This document shows positions 23,907 through 34,832 of a stretch of DNA of 64,000 nucleotides, one piece after another. Where the stretch lies: positions 65,598,001 to 65,662,000 of the forward strand of contig NC_086097.1 in assembly GCF_963921235.1 (NCBI RefSeq). The letters are read 5' to 3'. The notes under the pieces are model-generated. The model made no database searches, had not been told where the DNA came from, and saw only the letters and a program-made list of their open reading frames with translations. How positions within the stretch are numbered: position 1 is the stretch's first letter; each line of letters begins with the position of its first letter. The translations under genes were made by a program, and so were the position numbers. This DNA comes from Mobula hypostoma (Eukaryota).

Positions 23907-26819
23907 AATCACGGAGTTGTTACTTCTTCTAATTTATTAGTAGTTGGCCATGCTACCTTTGTTGAGCAATCCCATTCTCCTGCTCATTCCTCATATCCCC
24001 TTAAACTATTTTCTCCCATATATTTATACAATTTCCTTTTGAAAACCCTGTTCCAATCCAGTCACTATGCATATAAAAAGGTATTCCTTCACATTTCCAC
24101 TGTATACTTTACCCATCACTTTGAATCTGGTCTATGATTCATTGGTAACAGCAATAGCTTCTCACAACTTACTCAGTCTATACCGTTTTAACTGACCCTA
24201 CATGACAGATTCATCATTTTCTGAAAGGCAAACTTAAAAATTTGATTCAGAATTTTCACACTCAAGTATCACAACACAATAAATTTTCAGTTCAACTAAA
24301 TTATCATTTCCCCTCTCTCAAATTATACACACAGATTATGAACAAAATATGTATGCAAACATTTAATATGTATTTGGAAAATCCAACAATTATTCAATAA
24401 CACATGCAATTTACAAAAAATCTACTTATTATCAAAATCTATATATTAATAATTAAATGATTGTTAAGTAACTTCTAAATATCCAGGGAACTCATCTGTC
24501 ATTAATTCTAATGCAGTCATGAGGACCAATTGGTATGTTCTTGATTCAGTGTTTTGATTTTGAGGTATTTTTAATTTTTATTTTGCCGTTTGGAACCTGC
24601 ATGATTCAGTTTAGCCTTACATTGTTCCTGATGGACGAGCCCAAGCTGCAAAGGAATTAAAACATGAACTTATATATGAATTAATCAGGGACATTTGTCT
24701 TTGGTACCCAGATACTTAAATAGGTATTGGACTAGTATAACAGAGGTCTGAAATGATGACCTGGTGACACGAGTTCAAATCTTATCAGAACAGCCTGTAA
24801 ATAATTCCAGAATTAATAACAAGTTTCTAGATAGATTCCTATAAATACTGATAACATAGATCAAGAATTAAGTTAAATGAGATCTGAAAATTTCAACAGT
24901 CTTGACATTTCAATATGTCCAACTATTGTATAATACCACTTGCTGTTGAATTAATTACAAATGTGTACATTTAAATTGTTGGAAGAAATCCCGTTGTTTC
25001 CCAAATATCATCCCAGGCAGCTGAAAGTGATGTGTTCATGTTGCTCATTTCCTTTCTTAGTATTTCACAATAAACCATTTCTGACTGTTCCTTGATTTTA
25101 CACCTCTATATTTGGGAAAGCATTATCAACCAACAGAAGCTTTATGTCCATTAATTCCTACAACTATCTAGATGACCAATCTCCTCCTTTGCTTCATTTC
25201 AAGAATGTTTTCACTCATTTTTTGTTCTCTATTTATCAGTTTTGTAAACGTCACCTTCTAAATACATTTCATCGATATAATTGTTTTCCCCTCTGTATAT
25301 GTGAAGACTATCATTCACACCTTTTCTGTAAGCTAACATGTTTTATTTCTACTGAACCAATCTCTATGTTCAGTAGACCATTGTATGCCATTTCCCCTAT
25401 TTTCAAGTACCACACGCAACTACCCTGCCCTCTTCTTTCAGCATTCCCAAGGGTCATTTCTGTTCATGATACCCTGACCAAACACTCACAACAAACTTTT
25501 AATTATATTACCTTTCTTAATTATATTATTTTCCCCTTTACTTCCTCTATTACCACTATCTAAATACCAATCAAATAAACACAAAATAAATGGAAACAAA
25601 TTAACTCCTGTTTTCTTTCCAATTTATATTCCAGTATTCACTGGTCACAATGCAATCTTCTCCAAGCTGAAGAGACCTAATTAAGAATGAGTGTTTGCAT
25701 TGCTGAGGATCTCTGCATAGTCCACAAGAAACACATGCTTTTGATTGCCAGCCATTTATAATATCTGTTCCTCTCCTTTCTTAGGTTCCAGAACAGGACA
25801 GTTTTCAGTCAGGCATTTTACAGCCATCTGGACTACTGAGTCCAACAATTTCCAAATAAAATCACTGAGCCCCTTTTTTGTTTGGACAGCAATTATTGCT
25901 AATTATTTCATTATTGCCTTTACACCTTCTCTAGAGCAATCTTTGGTTTCTCATCAAACATGATCCTCCTTTGCTTTGCTTCATTATCTCTTTCGTTATT
26001 TAAGACCCTCAATGAATTTTATCTAAGAGACAATAAATTAACCTGGATATTACAACATTACTGTTGAAGGCATCTGTTTGCAGATGTTATCCTATATGAA
26101 GCAAATTCTTGGACACTGGAATGCAATCTGTAGCAGTATGTCTGTTTCTCATGTCTTCTGCATTATGATTGTACTTTTCTTCCCCTGTTTCTGTAATTCC
26201 TTAACACTGATGTATTTTCTGACAAAATTGAGTTATAAAGGGAACTGTTTTTCTCTCTGAAGAAACGACCAGAACCAAACATTTCCAGTTTATCCTGGAC
26301 GTCCAGCTTGTGTTCAGCAATCTTCCTGAGCTATAGAGATAAATGTGCTAGAGAAACAGATTTTTTTCAACTAGTGCGGTGTTAACCTGCATACGTCCGT
26401 GTTACAAATACATTTTTAAAGATTGTTCTTTCACAGGACAGGTTAATCAACAAGATACAACAAGAAGCATTTTTGTCCACCCCAAATTTCTAAATTGAGG
26501 GAGTATCAACCAACCGGGCAAGATTTGCTTCCTAAAAGGGTATTAGCAGACCGGCGGGATACGGACTCATGTCTCAGATCAATGGTCTAGAACTCTGCCT
26601 GCTTCTCTAATTTATCATTTATGCTTCCTGCTCTTCCTACCTGTATGATACAATCTACAGTTTGCCAACGTTAATTAATGAGAGCTGTAGTTGACGATAT
26701 GCACACGTCTTGAGAGTTGGAACTTTCTGCCAGAATTAAATCCGAGTTGTTATGGAGATAGTGGCCAGCAGAATAAAAACAGATAATATTGGCAAACACC
26801 TCTCGTATATTGAGCTTGA

Positions 26820-27113
26820 ATCAGTCTAAACGGACTCCATTTGCAATGACAACGGGCGAAGTGGCTGAAAGTCTTTCCATCACTCGCTGCCTGTTCTCGA
26901 GGTGAGGCGGCAGGTGACGGTGCCTCGTGACCCGGAAGCTCTGCTTGGTTCGGCCTCGCTCGAGCTGTATTTGAATGTGGGTTAGTTGGACGGCTGTTGC
27001 TGAAGTGGGCTTGGATTTCGGGTGGGTGGAAGAACTCCAATCTTCTACAAGTCTGGAGAGTATTGCGACCATTAAGTTTCACTTTTAAAGCTTCGAGTCT
27101 CCGAAAAGTAAGT
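26820..27113 (+). promoter_or_regulatory. CpG-rich promoter and probable non-coding first exon ending at 27107
   Basis: About 17 CpGs in ~290 bp of apparently non-repeat DNA, ETS motif CCGGAAG at 26932-26938, and donor AAA|GTAAGT at 27108. Confidence 0.65.
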
Positions 27114-29039
27114 AGGCTGTTAACCTTGATTTTAATTTTGCAGTGTGGGGGAAGGGGAAAGGGGAGGAGGAAGAAGGAGAATTTGATGTTATGGTTATCG
27201 GATGAAAGTAGCTGTCCGTAATGCTGTTAGTACTTGGAACCGGTCGATAATCCTTTAAGTGAAGAGAGAATTTTCAGATACCTGACGTTTTTCTCTGATT
27301 GAATTTGAAGCACATTTGACTTATTGTAGCTCTTTAATATCCATTAAAAGCATAATGTGTAGTGCTGAAAGTACTCAGCAGATCAGAGAATATGAGGAGG
27401 AGATAAAGGAGTAGATGAGGAGGAGGACTGAACTGTTTCTCATTTCACATACGTTGTCTGACCTAATGAGTGTTTTCTAGGATTTTTGTTATTTTAGATT
27501 TCCAGCATATTTTTCTACTTTTCACTAATACTTGTCAAATTTAGTTTGTAACAATAGATGCTACAAACTAAAGCAAATGTAATCTGACGTGGTTTGAAAG
27601 AAGTGTACTTGTTAATTCAGGATATGGCGAAGAAAATTATCGCGTAGTTCCAGTCTTCAGGATTTTTGTTTTATCTACACGGACTCTATTCCACGTTACT
27701 ATGTTCGAGAAAGAATGGTGCACTTGAATATGAAAACCGTAGATAACCGTATCGTGTGTTCCTATGCTACATTGGCTGTTTACTTAGTGCTACCATCAAT
27801 GCAAACATTAGTTTAATTATCTGACATACTGATATGATTAAAGATGTATGATAATTTTTGAGCTGATATTAAAAGTAGTTTGGTTTTGCCGCCTCGTTTT
27901 ATCGACTTTTTGATATGATTGGAAGAATTTTCAGTTTGGAATTACGATTGGTATGCATTGTTAGCTGTTTTGAGTAAAAGTTGAATATGTATGTGAAATT
28001 TTTGTAGTTTGAAATACTCTGCTGCTTGATCATGTTTAGACATTTATTTACATGCATTGATAGAGTTATAATATACAACTACATAATGCAAATTTTAGAG
28101 GTCATACTTGATAATGAAGTTTGAGATCATGCAGGGATTTGAGAAGATGATGATGCATGATTTATGGTGTTGGGCCAGGAGGTTATTCTGCATAGGATAA
28201 TAGCTAAATTATAGATGAGTTTATCTTTATACCAAAGAGAGCTTGGGAGTTTGCAAATTAAATAATGAGAGAACATATTTATGGGATTGGGATACATTGA
28301 AGGTTCTATCAGCAAAAACTATTTAGACTATATTCTCTTGCTGTTGCCATTGGATAAGAGATTCAGACATTTTAGTTTCAGAAGCAGTTATTACCCTCCT
28401 ACCATCAGGCTCCTAAACTAGCTTGGGTAACTTCACTCACCTCAATGCTGAACTGATTCCACTATCAATGGACTTTCAATAAAGAACTTTAAACTCATGT
28501 TCTTAGTATTATTTATTTATTTGTTTATCTATTTATTGTTTTTACATGCATTTACATAGTTTGTCTTTTACATGTTGGTTATTTGTCAGTCTTTGTGTGA
28601 AGTTTTCCATTGATTCTGTTTGGTGACATATACTATAGGTTCTTGGATATTTACCTTGAATATACAGGCTCACTTTCAAGGACTGCAACTCATGTTCTCT
28701 TGTTTTATTTGCACAATTTGTCTTTTGCACATTGGCAGTTTGTCAGTCTTTGTTTATATACAGATTGTTGTATTTTATTTTCCTGCAAGGTAGTATATGG
28801 TAACATATACTTTGATAGTAGGTTTGCTTTGAAAGTTGGATGTAGACAATTTTGATCACATATAGGATATTCATTGGTTCATCAGATTCAGCCTGAGCAA
28901 ATGGTTGAAAAGAGGAAATTTGATGCCAGAAGTATAGTACATAATGCCTGAACTAAGTTGTCAATTGAAGAATTTGAGAGAAAACTATACTAAAATGGAT
29001 ATTAGTTGGTAACCTTGCAGTGCTCTGCAACCCCCTGAG

Positions 29040-31030
29040 AAATTCCTCTGGATTTACTAATGTGATAAATTTGTCATTAATATTCAAGAAAAATAATTCA
29101 AAATGTTCCTGTCAACTATCTCCTGAATGATTAACAGTATCTTAATTTTTTGGGGAGGTAAAGATGTCTTGAATTATTATTAAAAAAAATTGAAAATGAT
29201 GACTGACAGGAAGGCAAGGAGAGTAAACCGCGTATGCTGAAAGTAAATTGACCAAACAAAAAACACTATATTTGGATACTCATAGTATTCAAAAGCAGTT
29301 AGAGGAACTTGGAGTACCATACAAAATTATGTCGGATCTTTTACCAATTCCAGAAACATGTCGGTTGGATGATACGTTCCTTAGAAAAATACAAATTAGG
29401 AGCGCTGTTTTTTTCAGCTGTATCTATGTATGGCTTGAATGACAATTAAATTTGATTTGATTTGACAAGGCAATCAGGCAGTCAAGTGTTTTTGTGAAAA
29501 GGAAAGAAAAGGAATTTGACTGATTTATTGGATTATTTGCAACAGTAATCTGTGCATAAATGGGAACCAGTGCTTCTACTGTACTTAGTTTTCCCGAAGG
29601 TATTTGTTTCTTCTCAAGTTCTGATCAAAGGCTATTGCAGAAAATAAAAGCTTATTGGATAGGAGGTAGTGCATTGGTGAGTAGAAGACTAGCTGGTTGC
29701 CAAGGGAGTGAGTTTGGGCATTAATTGGTTTCTTTTATGGTTGGGGAATGCTGACCCATGTGATTCAGTCTGGGGCCAAGACTCTTTGGAATTTTATATA
29801 AATGGCTTGGTTGATTGCAAATGATGCAAGGTAGGTAGGTTGTGAAGTAAGTTATGATGAGGATATAAGAGGCAACAAAGTGGTGTAGATTAAGTGAATG
29901 GGAAAATTTTTGGCAAATAGAACACAATGTTGAAAGATATTGTAATGATCAATTTCGACAAGAATTATCAAAAGGAAGCACACCAATGGCGAGAGAATAT
30001 AGGTTCATCCAGTCCAAGTGGAGAATTCACAAAAGGCTAGTGTAAGAGCCATGCATCTATTTTCTGCCTGTATTGTATTTTGTGGCACATTTATTTGCAT
30101 TCTGTCATGTGGGTTGGAGCGTGGTAGAAGCAAGTGAGCATAGTTACACATTCCCGCGTTGTCTCAGTCTAGTCTAGTCTAGTGGAAAGTGAGAAAGCCA
30201 TGGGAATGATTTTTTTTGTTGACAACTATTCAATTACTAATTTTGTTTGAATGCTAACTAGATCACTATTATTGTTAGACCTATAATTAGACCATTATGT
30301 CACTAATTTAGTTTTGTCATGACAAGATCATTTGTCTTTGGTTTTGTAATAAAGTACTGTACCAAATGTACCTTTTTAGATTTGGAAATTTATTTTGTAG
30401 CATGTCATAGTTTTGATTGCCCTGGTTGAGTCACTCAGCGATTTTGGTTTGTTACCAAGTAACTGCTACAGCTAATGTACAATTACATTAAATAATTTGT
30501 TAATCTGGCAACATTTAATGGTAAGGGAACTGAAAATAAAAAGAACAAAAGGAGGCTTCCATGATATACAGTACAGTCATACTTCGCCCTTGTTGAAGAG
30601 TGGATATGAATGAATTGGAAATGGTTCCAAAGAAGGTTTACTGGATTAATTGGGCTGCTTTATGAAGAAAGGTTGGATTGACTAGAGTGGATCTGGTGAA
30701 GTTTAGGTGAGAGGCAGGCCATGACAGCGTGGATGTGTGGAGGATGTTTCATGCTGATAGAAGAATGTGGAGCTCGTTTGATGACGGATTGAATCCTTGG
30801 GATTAGGTTATCAGATTGATCGTGAGCAATAGCCAGAGTTTCCTCTCAAGATAAAGGTTTAAGGCAGATGGGACAGTTTTTCTTATGATGACACAATTTT
30901 TTGGAACTCTTTTTCTGAAACTATGGTGTAAACAGTCATTGGCTGTTTCTAAGGCAGAGATATGTAAATTCTTGATGCATTTGAAAGATTGCCATGAGTG
31001 GATAGGAATGCTGAGGTTATCATCTTAATT
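29040..31030 (+). mobile_element. Old, highly degenerate CR1
   Basis: Recognisable remnants of RT domains in CR1 order, through to the 3' UTR. Confidence 0.6.
30041..30470 (+). mobile_element. Solo LTR (430 bp)
   Basis: TGTA...TACA termini, 5-bp TSD gctag/gctaa, AATAAA at ~30348. Interrupts the old CR1. Confidence 0.65.
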
Positions 31031-31412
31031 GATGACAGCATTTAATACCATCATTCCCACAATCCTGATTGAGAAGTTGCAGAACCTGGGCCTCTGTACC
31101 CTCTGCAAATGGATCTTCGACTTCCTGACCGGAAGACCATAATCTGTGCAGGTTGGTGATAACATCTCCTCCTCATTGACGATCAACACTGGTGCATCTT
31201 GGGTGTGTGTTTAGCCTACTGCTCTACTCTCTATATACCATGACTGTGTGGCTAGGCATAGCTCATATACCATCTATAAATTTGCTGACGATACAACCAT
31301 TGTTGGTAGAATCTCAGGTGGTGACGAGAGAGCATGCAGCAGTGAGATATGCCAACTAATGGAGTGGTGCTGCAACAACAATCTGGCACCTTGTCAGTAA
31401 GATGGAAGAGCT

Positions 31413-32215
31413 TGTTACAAGAATCGCCCCTGGTAATAATGCTCAGTAAGGTACAGAGAATCTGTACATACCGACAAGTAACGTTTTTTGCTTCAACTAA
31501 AAGCACATGGGTTCACAAACTGTCTCCGTGTGCACCCTACTAGAATTACCTGAAAGGGGTCTACGCTGGCCAGGCATCTCTCGTGGTCCCAATCTCCATG
31601 TGTCTATGGGGTCCTCCTTATCAGCTATGGTTGGTCTCTGGCTGCTGGAGAGTTATTGCCCCTGCATATTTGGAGCTCCTGAGTCTTATACTGTTCCTCA
31701 TCAATTGAACCATTGGATCGCCATCACATTGGCTCAAGGTCATCTGACTTACCTGGGTTACCTTCTTACTGGTCATTGTACAGGGCTACAGCTAACATTG
31801 TTTCATGGCTCTGCCCACTCCACCTTTGCGTATTTGTGCCTTTACACTCTGACTAGTCCAAACCAGTTAAATGAGGCAACCCAGACAGAGTTTAATCAGA
31901 TCACCGATTGCAGGTCTGGCATTTCACATGACAAGTAGCTACTCCTCTGAGAATGGTCTCAGGTATATTGCCCTGATTAGATTGTCCCAGAGCAAGTATC
32001 AGTTCAGAATCCATAACAAATGACTACTTGTTTGAGGATGGTCTCAGGTTTAGCAGATGATTACCTAAAGCTTTCTGTGTCCACATTCAGTTGCTCTGAT
32101 TAGATTACCCAAGAGCAAGAAACTGTTCAGAGTCCACAAAATGGGGGGGAAACACAGACAACTGGTTTGTCTGCTTCCCCTGCCTTGATCAGACTGAAGT
32201 TTCTTCTGGCCAACA
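31413..32215 (-). mobile_element. Solo LTR (803 bp), ERV/gypsy-like
   Basis: TGTT...AACA termini and 4-bp TSD agct/agtt, cleanly splitting the Rex1 'KELIVDFR' codons. Orientation is tentative (TATAA on minus near 31690). Confidence 0.75.
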
Positions 32216-32974
32216 AGTTGATTGTGGACTTCAGGAAGAGTAAGAGGAAGGAACACATACCAATCCTCATAAAGAGATCAGAAGTGGAGAGAGTGCACAG
32301 TTTCAAGTTCCTTGGTGTCAAGATCTCTAAGGATCTAACCTGGTGCCAACAAATCGATGCAGTTATGAAGAAGGTAAGACAGTGACTGTACTTCATTAGG
32401 AGTTTGAAGAGATTTGGTATGTCAACAAATGCACTCAAAAACTTCTATATGTGTACCATGGAGAGCATTCTGACAGGCTGCATCACTGTCTGGTATGGGG
32501 TGTGCTACTGCACAGGACCAAAATAAGCTGCCGAGGGTTGTAAATTTAGTCAGATCCATCTTGGGTACTAGCCTTCAAAGTACCCAGGGCATCTTCAAGG
32601 AGTGGTGTCTCAGAAGGGCAGCGTCCATTATTAAGGACCTCCAGCACCAAGAGCATGCCCTTTTCTCCCTGCTACCATCAGGTAGGAGGTACAGAAGACT
32701 GAAGGCACACACTCAGCAACTCAGGAACTGCTTCTTCCCCTCTGCCATCGGATTCCTAAATGGACATTGAACCCTTGAACACTACCTCACTTTTAATATA
32801 TAACTAGACAACGGGGTGACCCGTTGGGGCACCATTTGAGAGAAGGGTAGTGCAGTCTGATGTGACCAGAATGAACATTAAATTTTCCTGAATGCTATTG
32901 CTATCTCTTTGATTTGGAAATTAAAGAAGAAAAACTCAGCTTATTAAAGAAGAAAGACGCATAGCAAGACAAAA

Positions 32975-33622
32975 GTGGGAGGAGAAGATGGCAGTGTGAC
33001 GCAGCTGGCAGCGGCCACTCCGGTGGTGATGTCTGTTATTTGCCAAGTAGAGTGCTGTGCACAATCCTGATTTGATGGAGATGGACGTGAGAGCACGGAG
33101 GATCATCTAGTGAAACTTCTGAAATGCCTGCTTCGCTGCTGCTGCTACTGTGTGGTCCAGAATCTCTGGAGGAGAAGGCCCCGAGTCCTCAGCTTTGCTT
33201 GTTGCTTGGCGGCTGGGGCAGGGTCAAAGCGCTCAGCAGAGGATGGTGCTCAGAGAGGCCGTGTCAGAGGGGCTGGTTGGAGGCTCGAAGTTTTCGGATG
33301 GACTCAGAGTCCGCTGCGGTTGGGTGCTTCCAATGGTGCTGCATCGGCAAGTTGGCGGCGCTTGCATGAGATGATGAGTCTATTGGGACTTTGAGACTTT
33401 TTTTACCGTGCCCATGGCCTGCTCTTTATCAAATTATGGTATTGCTTTGCACTGTTGTAACTATATGTTATGATTATGTGGTTTTGTCAGTCTAAGTCTT
33501 GGTCTGTCCTGTGTTTTCTTGTGATATCATTCTGGAGGAACGTTGTATCATTTTTTAATTCATGCATTTCTAAATGACAATAAACGAGGACTGAGTATCC
33601 TCATAATCTAATCTAATCTAAT
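32975..33622 (+). mobile_element. Non-autonomous retroposon with AAGATGGC head and (CTAAT)n tail
   Basis: Collinear second copy at 57227-58444. Ends gacaataaacgaggactgag..cataatctaatctaatctaat. Confidence 0.8.
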
Positions 33623-33712
33623 ATGTGACCAGAATGAACATTAACTATCCATGAAGTAAATTTGAAGGAATCGGGCTTGCTGGGTCAGGTCTGGAATTAA
33701 ATGTCCGATGTA

Positions 33713-34832
33713 CTTTATACTTTATTGTCGCCAAACAATTGATACTAGAGCATACAATCATCACAGCGGTATTTGATTCTGTACTTCGCGCTCCCTGGAG
33801 TACAAATCGATAGTATATATTAAAAATTTAAATTATAAATCATAAATAGAAAATAGAAAAGGGCAAGTAAGGTAGTGCAAAAAAAACAGAGAGGCAGGTC
33901 TGGATATTTGTAGGGTACAGCCCAGATCCAGATCAGGATTCGTTCAGCAGTCTTATCACAGTTGGAAAGAAGCTGTTCCCAAATCTGGCCGTGTGAGTCT
34001 TCAAGCTCCTGAGCCTTCTCCCGGAGGGAAGAGAGACGAAAAGTGTGTTGGCTGGGTGGGTCGTGTCCTTGATTATCCTGGCAGCTCTGCTCCAACAGTG
34101 TGCGGTGTAAAGTGAGTCCAAGGATGGAAGATTGGTTTGTGTCATGTGCTGGGCTGTGTTCACGATCTTCTGCAGCTTCTTCCGTTCTTGGACAGGACAA
34201 CTTCCATACCAGGTTGTGTTGCACCCTAGAAGAATGCTTTCTATGGTGCATCTATAAAAATTAGTGAGGGTTTTAGGGGACAGGCCAAATTTCTTCAGCT
34301 TTCTCAGGAAGTAAAGGCTCTGGTGGGCCTTCTTGGCAGTGGACTCTGCTTGCTTGGACCAAGTCAGATCATTTGTGATATTGACACCGAGGAACTTAAA
34401 GCTTTTGACCTGTTCCACTTGCGCACCGCTGATGTAAATGGGGTCGTGCGGTCCGCTACTCCTTCTGGAGTCAACAACCAATTCCTTTGTCTTGCTGATG
34501 TTGAGGGATAGGTTGTTGTCTTTGCACCATGCCACTAGGTTCTTAATTTCCTCTCTGTACTCAAACTCATCATTACCCGAGATACGGCCTACAATTGTGG
34601 TGTCATCTGCAAACTTATATTGAGTTTGATGGAAACTTGGCTACACAATCATGGGTGTACAGTGAATACACAGCCTTGTGGGGCACCGGTGCTCAGAGTG
34701 ATTGTGGAGGAGAGCTTGTCCCCTATTTTTACAGCCTGGGTCCTGTCTGTGAGGAAATTGAAGATCCAGCTGCAGATCTGAGTCCTAAGCCCCAGGTTCC
34801 GGAGCTTAGGAATCAGTTTATTTGGAATGATG
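33713..34832 (-). mobile_element. 5'-truncated Rex1/Babar inserted in the Helitron ORF
   Basis: ORF 33933-34535 (WCKDNNLSLNISKTKELVVD..FKFLG) and a (taaagta)n tail. The Helitron codons rejoin across it. Confidence 0.9.

Noticed and set aside
24728..24820. C/D snoRNA (ATGATGA box)
   Set aside because: The context ggactagt..gagttcaaatc matches a decayed tRNA-derived SINE head, and there is no terminal stem with a D box.
26975..27088. 37-codon ORF in the putative first exon as a CDS
   Set aside because: Poor Kozak context, and it stops before the donor. At most a uORF.
32860..33644. 22-bp direct repeat atgtgaccagaatgaacattaa as the TSD of the CTAAT element
   Set aside because: The left copy lies ~95 bp from the insertion point, so it is more likely an internal Helitron repeat.
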